From: Crocosphaera subtropica ATCC 51142
Lineage (GTDB): Bacteria; Cyanobacteriota; Cyanobacteriia; Cyanobacteriales; Microcystaceae
Direction of reading: 5' to 3'
DNA length: 32,000 nt
Assembly (NCBI RefSeq): GCF_000017845.1
Contig: NC_010546.1
Location: 480,001-512,000 of the forward strand
Shown here: positions 17,191 to 26,023 of the stretch, one piece after another
Position numbering within the stretch: position 1 is the stretch's first letter
Layout: every line of letters starts with the position of its first letter
Notes under the pieces: generated by a model
What the model saw: the letters and a program-made list of their open reading frames with translations, nothing else
What the model was told of the DNA's origin: nothing
Databases searched by the model: none
Translations under genes and position numbers: made by a program

Positions 17191-17440
17191 TTAAGGAAGC
17201 CAGTTAATATCTAATAGCTGTTCTAATGTATAAGGGGAAATTTTCGGTAACGTTTCTAGGCGAGTTTTTTTAGTCACATATCTCAGGGCATCATTGTAAA
17301 TGTTATTATATTCTTCCTTCTTCTAAATGTTGATATAAATTCGTTGTCAAGTGTCGGTTTAATTGAGTGCGAAAACCATCAATCTCCGCTTTTTTTACAT
17401 CTAAATTAAATTTATGGTGGGCAATGCCCACCCCATAGTA
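17191..17440 (-). pseudogene. DUF29-family gene remnant (C-terminal part, frameshifted, no start)
   Basis: The reverse strand reads ...HHKFNLDVKKAEIDGFRTQLNRHLTTNLYQHLEEGRI* in one frame. After a frame change near 17310-17325 it reads KKEEYNNIYNDALRYVTKKTRLETLPKISPYTLEQLLDINWLP*, with the stop at 17193..17191. The C-terminal SPYTLEQLLD-WLP ending is the usual DUF29 tail. No N-terminal half is present. Confidence 0.55.
17414..17436 (-). terminator. GC-rich hairpin immediately after the ccsA stop codon
   Basis: GGTGGGCA (17416-17423) pairs with TGCCCACC (17425-17432); a realistic fold is a 6-bp stem with a 5-nt loop. On the minus strand an A/T-rich tail follows (ATAAATTTAATTT). The hairpin overlaps the DUF29 remnant. 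Confidence 0.4.
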
Positions 17441-18448
17441 TTAGAAAAACCAGCCGTAAGAATGTAAGCCTTTTCCTAATAAATTAACTCCTAAATAACA
17501 CACCCAAACCACTACAAAACCACTAGCAGCCAAAATAGCTGGTTTACGTCCTTGCCAACCTTTGGTGATACGAGCATGAAGATAGGCAGCAAATACCAAC
17601 CAAGTGATTAACGCCCAGGTTTCTTTCGGGTCCCAACTCCAATAAGATCCCCAAGCTTCATTGGCCCAAACTGCTCCGGCGATAATGCCAATGGTGAGGA
17701 GAGGAAACCCTAAGCCAATAATACGATAACTAATATTATCGAGGGTATCTGCTAAATTGAGCCGTTGAGGAGAAAGCGTAACGGTTTCAGGTTTAACGGC
17801 AACGCTTTCTAGGATTGCTGTTCCTCCACTGCCGTTGCTTTGGGTTAAATTAACAGTAGTTTGTTTATGATTATTATTGAGTAATGAGCGTCCTAACTTA
17901 TCCCGATAACCTCCAGTACCTACGGAACTCCCTTTGAGTTCAATATCTCGGTTACGAGTTACTACTAGAAAGGCGATGGCTAAGACTGAGCCCACCATTA
18001 AGGTCGCATAGCTCAACATCATGACACTAACGTGCATCATTAACCAGTTGGATTTTAACGCAGGAACCAGAGGGGCAGAGGTTTGCATTTCTGGGGGTAA
18101 AGACAGGGCTGCAAAGGCAGTAATTCCCATCGCCACAGGGGTTGTCACCACCCCAACTAAGGCACTGCGACTCATTTGTTCCGCCACTAGGTGAATGGCT
18201 GTCACACCCCAAGCTAAGAAAAATAAGGACTCATAGAGATTACTGAGGGGAAAATAGCCAGCTTCTAACCATCGGGCCCCCAACAGCGTTGCCATACATA
18301 AATTAGCGATCGCCACTCCGGTCGTCCCTAAAGTCGGCAACCAGGTTACATTAGGAAAAGCAGCACCAGCCCAATAAATGAGCATGGTTAAGAATAACAA
18401 TAGAAAAGAACTATTATCGAGAAAATTTTGTAACGTTATTAAATCCAT
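17441..18448 (-). CDS. ccsA: cytochrome c biogenesis protein CcsA (system II haem-handling subunit)
   Basis: This polytopic membrane protein carries the Trp-rich WWD-type motif [23 protein letters not shown] and conserved His residues. The length is 335 aa. Confidence 0.95.
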   Translation of the reverse strand: MDLITLQNFLDNSSFLLLFLTMLIYWAGAAFPNVTWLPTLGTTGVAIANLCMATLLGARWLEAGYFPLSNLYESLFFLAWGVTAIHLVAEQMSRSALVGVVTTPVAMGITAFAALSLPPEMQTSAPLVPALKSNWLMMHVSVMMLSYATLMVGSVLAIAFLVVTRNRDIELKGSSVGTGGYRDKLGRSLLNNNHKQTTVNLTQSNGSGGTAILESVAVKPETVTLSPQRLNLADTLDNISYRIIGLGFPLLTIGIIAGAVWANEAWGSYWSWDPKETWALITWLVFAAYLHARITKGWQGRKPAILAASGFVVVWVCYLGVNLLGKGLHSYGWFF

Positions 18449-18484
18449 AGGTTTGAATCTTCCAATGAGAAGTTATTGTTTAGA

Positions 18485-19114
18485 TTAACAATAGGTTAAA
18501 GGGACAACGACAAAATCCCCTCTGATCCAGCCTATTGCTTGAGATTCAAGAAATTGAACCTTGATCCAAGGGGTTCGACTTGATCCGGTCCTGTTTGACA
18601 TTGTGACGTACTCCCAACCCTGACCGCAAACGGTACAGGATGGGCTTCTCGCAGGGAAAGCTAAAACTTTAATGCGATCCCCTACTAACCCATAACCCAA
18701 AGAATCAGAAGCAATACTCGGCCCTTTACGGAGGTTAATGCGAGAGTTGGGGTCATTGGCCGTTAAAATAGTAATATCTGTCTTAACAAAATCCCCTCTG
18801 ATCCAACCGATCGCTCCGGATTTGGCAAATTTTACTTTAATCCAGGGGACTCTTGGTTGACCGCCTGATCCTTTATTGAAGTCTAATAAGCTGACTTGAT
18901 CTCCAGGTAAACTATAGCCTAATGAAGCAGAATTAACGCTGGGTTGAGAACGTAAATTAATACGAGAATTGGGATCATTCGCCACTAAAATAGTTTCATC
19001 AATGGCGGTTTGCGCTAACCCAGGGAAAACCGAAGTGATGGATAGGGTTAACCCCAAACAACAATTCAATAATAATCTCAACCAAACATTAGTCATTGTT
19101 TTTTTTGTGTTCAT
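18485..19114 (-). CDS. secreted protein with two bacterial SH3-like repeats
   Basis: A signal peptide is followed by two copies of a roughly 92-aa module (ANDPNSRINLR...SLGY...PWIKV.F...AIGWIRGDFV). The gene lies 36 nt upstream of ccsA on the same strand. Confidence 0.75.
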   Translation of the reverse strand: MNTKKTMTNVWLRLLLNCCLGLTLSITSVFPGLAQTAIDETILVANDPNSRINLRSQPSVNSASLGYSLPGDQVSLLDFNKGSGGQPRVPWIKVKFAKSGAIGWIRGDFVKTDITILTANDPNSRINLRKGPSIASDSLGYGLVGDRIKVLAFPARSPSCTVCGQGWEYVTMSNRTGSSRTPWIKVQFLESQAIGWIRGDFVVVPLTYC

Positions 19115-19192
19115 GACAGTTCCAGGTTACACAAGAGAAAAGTGGGTCATTGTGGGGTAAAATCGGCCATATTTTAGAGCTAACTTCTTACT

Positions 19193-20638
19193 ATGAATTT
19201 TTTCGAGAAATTAACCCAACGGATCACTAATTACAACACTTTATTGATCCTTGGTCTTGATCCTAACCCAGAAATGATGCCTCAAGACGAAGATAGCTAT
19301 CAAGGGCAACAAAGTTTAATTATTGCCTTAGAAAGTTGGTTAAAATGGATCATTGAACAAACATCAGGATTAGTGTGTGCATATAAACCAACCCTGGGCT
19401 TTTATGAAGCGTTGGGTAGTGAAGGATTAGACTTGTTATTAAAGGTTATTCAGGCTATTCCTGATGATATTCCTATCATTTTAGACGCAAAACATGGAGA
19501 TATTAATACAAGTACCATTTTTGCCAAAACTATTTTTGAACAGTGGAATGTTGATGCAGTGACAGTCAGTCCTTACGCTGGACAGGATCATATTGCTCCT
19601 TTTTTAGTGTATCCTGATCGCGGGGTTTTTGTCTTATGTCATACGTCGAATCCTTCCGCAGTGATTTTGCAAGAATATCCTACCGATGAAGCCCCATTCT
19701 ATTTGGAAGTTATCAAAGAAGCGAGGACTTGGGCTACCCCAGAACAGTTATTTTTAGAACTAGGGACAACGAATTTAGCGGTTATCAAAAAAACTCGTTC
19801 TCTTGCCCCTGAAAGATTGCTGTTATTACGGAGTATTTGGAGTAAAGGCAATGATATTAATGACATCCTCAAAGCTGCTTTAACTCCTATGGGAGATGGT
19901 GTCTTAATTCCCATTCCCCAAGATTTCCTGAAATCTAGTGATTTGCAAGAACAAGTCAAAAATCTCAATGAAGATATTAATCAATATCGACAAACTATTA
20001 TTCAAAACCCACAAAATTGCGATCTCTGGAGTCCTAATGTTTGTTTACTCAATTCTCATCCCCATCAAGATTTAATTTTACAACTTTATGATATTGGTTG
20101 TTTATTATTTGGGGAATATGTACAAGCATCAGGGGCAACGTTTTCTTATTATATTGATTTGCGAAAAATCATTTCTAAACCTCAATTATTCCATCAAGTT
20201 TTATCCGCTTATGCTGATATTCTAAAATCATTAAATTTTGATAGAATTGCCGGAATTCCCTATGGTTCTTTACCCACAGCCACAGGATTATCACTAATGT
20301 TACATCATCCGATGATTTACCCCAGAAAAGAAGTGAAAGCACACGGAACCCGGCGTTTAATTGAAGGGAATTTTAAAGCAGGGGAAAAAGTTGTCATTGT
20401 TGACGATATTTTAATTACAGGAAAAAGTGTCAAAGAAGGGGCAGAAAAATTAACCTCTTCAGGATTAGTTGTTAAAGATATTGTCGTTTTTATCGATCAC
20501 GAACAAGGGGTTAAAGATAAACTTAAAAAGGAAGGATATCAGGCTTATTCTGTATTAACTATTTCTGAGATTACTGAAACTTTATACGAAGCAGGACGAA
20601 TTAATGAACAACAATATAAGAGCTTCTTTAAACATTAA
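19193..20638 (+). CDS. pyrFE: bifunctional orotidine-5'-phosphate decarboxylase / orotate phosphoribosyltransferase
   Basis: The N-terminal half is an OMP decarboxylase (LILGLDPNP, AYKPTLGFYEALG, ILDAKHGDINTS). The C-terminal half is an OPRTase with the PRPP loop (VVIVDDILITGKS). Confidence 0.9.
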   Translation: MNFFEKLTQRITNYNTLLILGLDPNPEMMPQDEDSYQGQQSLIIALESWLKWIIEQTSGLVCAYKPTLGFYEALGSEGLDLLLKVIQAIPDDIPIILDAKHGDINTSTIFAKTIFEQWNVDAVTVSPYAGQDHIAPFLVYPDRGVFVLCHTSNPSAVILQEYPTDEAPFYLEVIKEARTWATPEQLFLELGTTNLAVIKKTRSLAPERLLLLRSIWSKGNDINDILKAALTPMGDGVLIPIPQDFLKSSDLQEQVKNLNEDINQYRQTIIQNPQNCDLWSPNVCLLNSHPHQDLILQLYDIGCLLFGEYVQASGATFSYYIDLRKIISKPQLFHQVLSAYADILKSLNFDRIAGIPYGSLPTATGLSLMLHHPMIYPRKEVKAHGTRRLIEGNFKAGEKVVIVDDILITGKSVKEGAEKLTSSGLVVKDIVVFIDHEQGVKDKLKKEGYQAYSVLTISEITETLYEAGRINEQQYKSFFKH

Positions 20639-20696
20639 TTTTTAACAGCTTCAGAGATGAGGGTAAAATTAAGAAAGTAATTCAAAATTCTATTAA

Positions 20697-21761
20697 ATGG
20701 CTATTAAACGCAATCAAGGATCTAACCCTAAACCCGAAAAAAAAGAACGATTAACGAAGGCAGAAACCCATCAAGAACAAGATAACTTAGAAGAAAGTAT
20801 TCGTCCTCATTCCTTTGATGAATATATCGGACAAAAAGACCTCAAAGATGTCTTATCCATTGTCATCGAAGCAGCCAAAACCCGTAATGAACCGATGGAT
20901 CATCTCCTCTTATATGGGCCCCCTGGCCTGGGAAAAACCACCATTTCCCTGATTTTAGCCTCAGCAATGGGAGTAAATTGCAAAATTACGGCCGCCCCCG
21001 CGTTAGAAAGACCTAGGGATATAACAGGACTGTTAGTTAGCTTAAAACCAGGAGATATTCTATTTATTGATGAAATTCATCGGCTTAACCGTTTAACCGA
21101 AGAATTGCTCTATCCTGCTATGGAAGATTATCGCCTTGAAATTACCATCGGGAAAGGACAAGCAGCAAGAACCCGTAGCATTCCCCTACCTAAATTTACC
21201 CTAGTAGGAGCAACAACGAAAGTAGGGTCGTTAACCTCTCCCCTACGCGATCGCTTTGGACTCATTCAACGGTTAAAATTCTATGAACCCGAAGAATTAG
21301 CTTTAATTATTAAACGAACGGCTAAATTATTAAATACCTCAATTACTGAACAAGGGGCCGCAGAAATTGGTCGCCGTTCTAGGGGAACCCCGCGCATTGC
21401 TAACCGTTTACTACGAAGAGTTAGAGATTATATACAAGTCAAAAAATTTGATAGTATTACCCAAGAATTAGCAGCAGAAGCATTGGATATTTATCAAGTC
21501 GATCCTCAAGGACTAGACTGGACGGATCGCCTCATTTTAGACACCATGATCACCCAGTTTAACGGCGGACCGGTGGGACTCGAAGCAGTAGCAGCCGCAA
21601 CAGGGGAAGATGCAAAAACCATTGAAGAAGTCTATGAACCTTATTTACTCCAAATTGGTTATCTTAACCGTACTCCCAGAGGAAGAGTCGTGACCACCGT
21701 TGCTTATCAACATTTAGGGAAAACGGGAGAAGAACAGTTATCAATTTTTAGTGAACAGTAA
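20697..21761 (+). CDS. ruvB: Holliday junction branch migration DNA helicase RuvB
   Basis: Present are [10 protein letters not shown], Walker A (GPPGLGKTT), Walker B ([10 protein letters not shown]), sensor motifs (LVGATT, RDRFG) and the C-terminal winged helix. Confidence 0.95.
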   Translation: MAIKRNQGSNPKPEKKERLTKAETHQEQDNLEESIRPHSFDEYIGQKDLKDVLSIVIEAAKTRNEPMDHLLLYGPPGLGKTTISLILASAMGVNCKITAAPALERPRDITGLLVSLKPGDILFIDEIHRLNRLTEELLYPAMEDYRLEITIGKGQAARTRSIPLPKFTLVGATTKVGSLTSPLRDRFGLIQRLKFYEPEELALIIKRTAKLLNTSITEQGAAEIGRRSRGTPRIANRLLRRVRDYIQVKKFDSITQELAAEALDIYQVDPQGLDWTDRLILDTMITQFNGGPVGLEAVAAATGEDAKTIEEVYEPYLLQIGYLNRTPRGRVVTTVAYQHLGKTGEEQLSIFSEQ

Positions 21762-21874
21762 ACAGTTATCCGTGATCATTAATTGTTTGTAATTCAAATC
21801 ACAGCAATTATACCAATCCACATCTATCATAATTTAAAAGCTTTTTTTGTTCATATTTTATGTAAAAAAATTCG

Positions 21875-22333
21875 ATGAAGATTACATCTAATATCATCAT
21901 TTCTGCTCCTCATATTGTTATTCCTCAAACCTATTGGAATCCCTTATTGGGAGAGGTGTTACGGGATGCTGACTTAATTACAGAAGGACAATTACAGATA
22001 GCATTAAGAGATAAACAAGAATATAAACATCAAAAAATTGGTGAAATTTTAGCCTTACGAGGATGGATCAAACAAGAAACTGTTGATTTTTTTGCAGAAG
22101 AATGGGCTAACTGTTTACAACAAGGGGCAAAATATCCCATTGGTCAATATTTAAGACAGGCTGCGTTATTAGATCAAAAAGATATCGAAAACATTTTAGA
22201 TTTACAACAACACCTTAAAATTAGGTTTGGAGAAATTGCCGTTTCTCAAGGATTACTGACAAGAAAAACTCTGAATTTTTTTCTTAATAATCTATTGTGT
22301 CAAGCTGCTGAGGACACTTTGTTTGTGGCTTAA
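21875..22333 (+). CDS. small protein made of two T2SSE_N/MshEN-like modules
   Basis: This 152-aa protein contains four copies of a 24-residue xLGxxLxxxxLIxxxxLxxxLxxQ-type repeat, arranged as two pairs. Residues 24-47 and 54-77 are separated by 6 residues. Residues 88-111 and 117-140 are separated by 5 residues. See the corresponding finding. Confidence 0.6.
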   Translation: MKITSNIIISAPHIVIPQTYWNPLLGEVLRDADLITEGQLQIALRDKQEYKHQKIGEILALRGWIKQETVDFFAEEWANCLQQGAKYPIGQYLRQAALLDQKDIENILDLQQHLKIRFGEIAVSQGLLTRKTLNFFLNNLLCQAAEDTLFVA

Positions 22334-22375
22334 ATGCTGTAGTTTGACTTGGAAAAATAATAAAAATTGATGAAG

Positions 22376-22405
22376 AAAAACCCCCTAAATTGAGGAGGTT
22401 TTTCT
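22376..22405. terminator. bidirectional rho-independent terminator between convergent genes
   Basis: The sequence is AAAAACCCCCT (22376-22386), a 6-nt loop, then AGGAGGTTTTT (22393-22403). The stem has one C-A mismatch. T runs follow on both strands. Confidence 0.7.
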
Positions 22406-22425
22406 GGTGAGATAAAAAGTTAAAA

Positions 22426-23628
22426 TTAACTATTTTTAGGCTTCACTAAATTATCAAGGCCATCGATCACTTGGGCTGAAATAATTTTATCTTTTTTGGT
22501 GAGGTTTTCTAACACTTCTTTTCCATCAACCAGATAACCAAACACAGAATAACGACCATCCATTAAATTGAAGCCAGGGGGGGTTAATTCGCTGTCAAAT
22601 TTAAAGAAGAAAAATTGCGATGATCCTCCATTGGGATCTAAACTGGGACGAGCTAAAGCAACAGCCCCATAAGCATTAAAAGGAAGCACTAAATCAGGCA
22701 AATAAATACCCATTTCTTCTAGAGTAGCCCCATAAATGGGTTCTTCATCCTCTTTAACTCGTACTTCTAAAGGAATAGCACGATATTCCCCTGTTTCTGG
22801 GTCAATAAATCCTTCTTCTTTCCCTGGGGGATCGCCGGTTTGTATGGCAAAACTGTCTTCTAGATCGATAAAGGATAAACCATCATAGAAACCCCGTTGA
22901 ACCAAGTCCACAAAGTTGCCTCCGTTGACTGGGGCATTATAACCGTCAACCACAATGGTGAGGTTTCCTTTAGTGGTTTCTATTTCGACGGTAGCCCGTC
23001 CTTTCAACTGGGGTAGATCGGCGTATTCTTCGGGAATTTCAAAGGGAAAGCCTTCCACCATTAAGGTTTCAATTTCGCCAATGTTATCGAGAACATTCCG
23101 TCTTTTAATCCAAACTTGCTCTTTATCTTTGTTTTCAACGGCTTCTTGCAGTTCCCTGACCCCTGTTTTGATATCCTCTAAAATAGTTTCTGCTTGGAAT
23201 TGGCGATCGCCAGGAACCCCCTCAAGAATTTCATCACTGCGTAGGGTCAGTACAAAGGAGGCGGTTTTGACATCTTTGGCGATGGGTGGCCATCGTTTTC
23301 CTCTGAGATGATTGGAAATATCTTCGATCGCATCTTGAACTTTGCGGATCGGTTCGTTCTCAATGGGTAAGGCGTACCGTAAAATAGCTTCGGGGTCGGT
23401 AATAGCATTTCCTTGGGCTAAAACGCTAATTAACACAGAATCTGTACCGAATTGACTCCATGTTGCCCCACATAAATTGATAGACAAGGTCACTACGATC
23501 ATAGCGACAATGGTTTTTTTGCACCAATGTTCCAGTCGGGATCGCACATCAGACCAAAAACTTTGTTTTAATTTCATTAACTTTAAGGATGAGGATAAAT
23601 GATCATTTTCACTGTTTTTATTTACCAT
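22426..23628 (-). CDS. cyclophilin-type peptidyl-prolyl isomerase with N-terminal extension (TLP40-like, lumenal)
   Basis: The C-terminal cyclophilin core is present (NAPVNGGNFVDLVQRGFYDGLSF...GGSSQFFFF...LDGRYSVFGYLVDG). An N-terminal transmembrane/signal segment and a roughly 200-aa helical domain precede it, as in thylakoid-lumen TLP40 homologs. Confidence 0.9.
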   Translation of the reverse strand: MVNKNSENDHLSSSLKLMKLKQSFWSDVRSRLEHWCKKTIVAMIVVTLSINLCGATWSQFGTDSVLISVLAQGNAITDPEAILRYALPIENEPIRKVQDAIEDISNHLRGKRWPPIAKDVKTASFVLTLRSDEILEGVPGDRQFQAETILEDIKTGVRELQEAVENKDKEQVWIKRRNVLDNIGEIETLMVEGFPFEIPEEYADLPQLKGRATVEIETTKGNLTIVVDGYNAPVNGGNFVDLVQRGFYDGLSFIDLEDSFAIQTGDPPGKEEGFIDPETGEYRAIPLEVRVKEDEEPIYGATLEEMGIYLPDLVLPFNAYGAVALARPSLDPNGGSSQFFFFKFDSELTPPGFNLMDGRYSVFGYLVDGKEVLENLTKKDKIISAQVIDGLDNLVKPKNS

Positions 23629-23744
23629 AATTTGAGGTCCTATTGATACCCCCCATTGTATGAAATATTAGCTTTCATTTTTATTTAGACCATTTATTCG
23701 TTTAAAATAAAAGAGTCTTTATCGAGTTTTGAGGCAGTTTAATA

Positions 23745-24158
23745 ATGGCAAGGGGTCTATTTTGGTTATCGTTATTAGTGGTCTTTTTTATTTTAGCTTG
23801 GAGTGGTTGGAATGAGTATCAAAAGTTAGAAGCTTATCGTCAATGGGCTGAAGATTTTGATCAAGCCAAGTATGATATTTATGCCATCATTGGTGTTAAA
23901 GGAAAAGAAATTACTTGGGGAAAGCCCGGTCGTTCTATTCCTAATACTTTACCTAAATTTTTGTTAACCGATGTTGACAAAATAGAATTATTAGTCAATG
24001 ATAAATCTGTTGATTTAGGGAACTTACCCAATAAAGGTAAACCGATTATACAGTTTAATTTTATTAATAAAGATCAATCTTCAATTAACATTCCTTTTAC
24101 TGAAATCGATTTAGCAGCTAAATGGGTCAAGTATTTAGATAATCTGAGAAACGTCTAA
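23745..24158 (+). CDS. hypothetical membrane-anchored protein
   Basis: This 137-aa protein has a single N-terminal helix (LFWLSLLVVFFILAW). I recognise no family. The next gene follows after 31 nt, so the two probably form an operon. Confidence 0.55.
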   Translation: MARGLFWLSLLVVFFILAWSGWNEYQKLEAYRQWAEDFDQAKYDIYAIIGVKGKEITWGKPGRSIPNTLPKFLLTDVDKIELLVNDKSVDLGNLPNKGKPIIQFNFINKDQSSINIPFTEIDLAAKWVKYLDNLRNV

Positions 24159-24189
24159 CGTCTAACTTCATTAATGTGGTGTGCTTTCT

Positions 24190-25749
24190 ATGAGTTTAAA
24201 GTTAATTATTAGCCTTGTAAGTCTAACATGGTTATTCCTCGGTTGTACGACCTCGAAACAAGGGATAAATCAGACTGAAAATAATTGCCCATCTCCTCCA
24301 GTATCACCGCCGAAGTTTAGAGTAAACAATGAGGGAGACTTTTTTGAGAAATTAAAAACATTAAATATTGAAGTTTCTGAGGGGATAATCACGTTTCAAA
24401 CGCAAGATTATGATTTTATTTTTTGTAATAAAAATAAAACTTTTATTATCAAAAAAGGAAACTATAAACCCGAAGAAAAACCAGTAACTAATTACGAAGA
24501 AGCCATTCAAGAATTAAATGATCCTTCCTATAAAATTATTAATTGGCAAGATAAAACGTATCAGTATAGAGTTATTCTCGAACCTAATCCCTTTCCTGAT
24601 TTTGAGGTTGAACCCGAAAAAGTTATTTTAGAATTAATCATTCCAGAAGCAGAACAGCCACAAAAACACACCTTATATACATTAAAACAGGTTAAACAGC
24701 AAAAAGCTGGTATTCAATTAGGTGTACCAAAAATTACAGCTACTGTCATTAATAATAATCAATTCTATTGGTCAGTGTCTTCAGAACAAGGAGAAGGAAA
24801 CGGGGGAATTGCTACCATTGTTAGTTATGAACCTGAAGTTGATAAAATCAATATTATTCAGCCTTCTCAATTAGCCAAGCAGCAAATTAATGATTTAAAA
24901 ATCAGTAATAATGATACCGATACTATACTCTGGTTAGCCACTCAAACCAGTGGAGAAGGAAATCCTTATTTACCAGGAATGGGACTGGTTTCTTACAATG
25001 CTAATCGTAAATCATTGAAGTCTTATTATGCTAGAAATAGTAACTTAGTTGGAATGATTCCCCATAAATTGAATATAGAAAAAGAAAATCTTTGGGTGGC
25101 AACGGGAAATGGATTGTGTCAAATTAAATGGCAAACTATCGAACAAGTTAGCAGTTGGAAATGCTGGGAATTTCAATTAGAAGCTACCCTACCAAACGAA
25201 GGATTAAAGGTTTATCAAAGCTTATTAAATCCCAATCCTCAAATAACCCTCAATGCTGATGAAAATCAGGAAACTGTTGAGGTTTTATGGTGGTCACCTC
25301 AAAATTATGAAACCGAAAAGGGTCGTTATGAAATTGTCTATGATTCCGGTTTTTCAGTGACTTTAGAAGACAAAGGAGTGATGAACTGGAAAGAATGGTA
25401 TGATAACCAATATCAAGTTAATCCCTGGGAAGCGATGGTCTATTGGCCAGGAAAAGATTGGCTATGGAACGGTAATAGGTTTATTCGTCCTTTTGATGGG
25501 GTATCGTTGAATTATTTTGGCGGTGGACCTGGGGGAATTAGTAGCTGGAATAATTCTCAACAACAACGACCTGAAATTTATGCCATACGAGGAGATTTAG
25601 ACTTAATTGAATTAACTAAAGATTCTACCAGTGTTAAATATTATTCTGGATGGGTTGATGATGATGTATTACAACCGTATTTAATGATCGTTCCAACTGA
25701 AAAACCGAAAAATATTCAACCCAACCCTCTTAAGAAAGTCTCTCAATAG
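24190..25749 (+). CDS. hypothetical lipoprotein, possibly beta-propeller-like
   Basis: The track start at 24181 is GTG. ATG 24190 gives MSLKLIISLVSLTWLFLGC, a signal peptide with an LFLGC lipobox. The segments ILWLATQTSGEG and ENLWVATGNGLCQI resemble two-component-regulator-propeller repeats. Otherwise I do not recognise it. Confidence 0.65.
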   Translation: MSLKLIISLVSLTWLFLGCTTSKQGINQTENNCPSPPVSPPKFRVNNEGDFFEKLKTLNIEVSEGIITFQTQDYDFIFCNKNKTFIIKKGNYKPEEKPVTNYEEAIQELNDPSYKIINWQDKTYQYRVILEPNPFPDFEVEPEKVILELIIPEAEQPQKHTLYTLKQVKQQKAGIQLGVPKITATVINNNQFYWSVSSEQGEGNGGIATIVSYEPEVDKINIIQPSQLAKQQINDLKISNNDTDTILWLATQTSGEGNPYLPGMGLVSYNANRKSLKSYYARNSNLVGMIPHKLNIEKENLWVATGNGLCQIKWQTIEQVSSWKCWEFQLEATLPNEGLKVYQSLLNPNPQITLNADENQETVEVLWWSPQNYETEKGRYEIVYDSGFSVTLEDKGVMNWKEWYDNQYQVNPWEAMVYWPGKDWLWNGNRFIRPFDGVSLNYFGGGPGGISSWNNSQQQRPEIYAIRGDLDLIELTKDSTSVKYYSGWVDDDVLQPYLMIVPTEKPKNIQPNPLKKVSQ

Positions 25750-26023
25750 GGGATTCATTCCCTAAAAAAAATTAATTTATATCAGTAAAATTTTGCATTA
25801 AGTTAAATTTTGTAACAGTTAAAAAATTAAGCTTAAATTTATCAAGTAAACTATAGATAAGACAGAAAAAGATCATTAAATAATCTTGCTAACTGTCAAC
25901 TCATCTTTTGTCAATGGGAAGTGAGTTGGGCAAAGATAGACAGAACGATAACGCATAAAAAAGATTAACACACCTTCCATTGAGAGAAGTTGAAACTCAA
26001 AATCGATAGAAAACGGAGTTTCA

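Noticed and set aside
25744-25775. The hairpin TAGGGGA-TTCA-TTCCCTA at the stop codon of the lipoprotein gene, followed by A8.
   Set aside because: The homopolymer tail is A rather than T on the coding strand, so it does not fit an intrinsic terminator for the plus-strand gene. There is no minus-strand gene for it to terminate.
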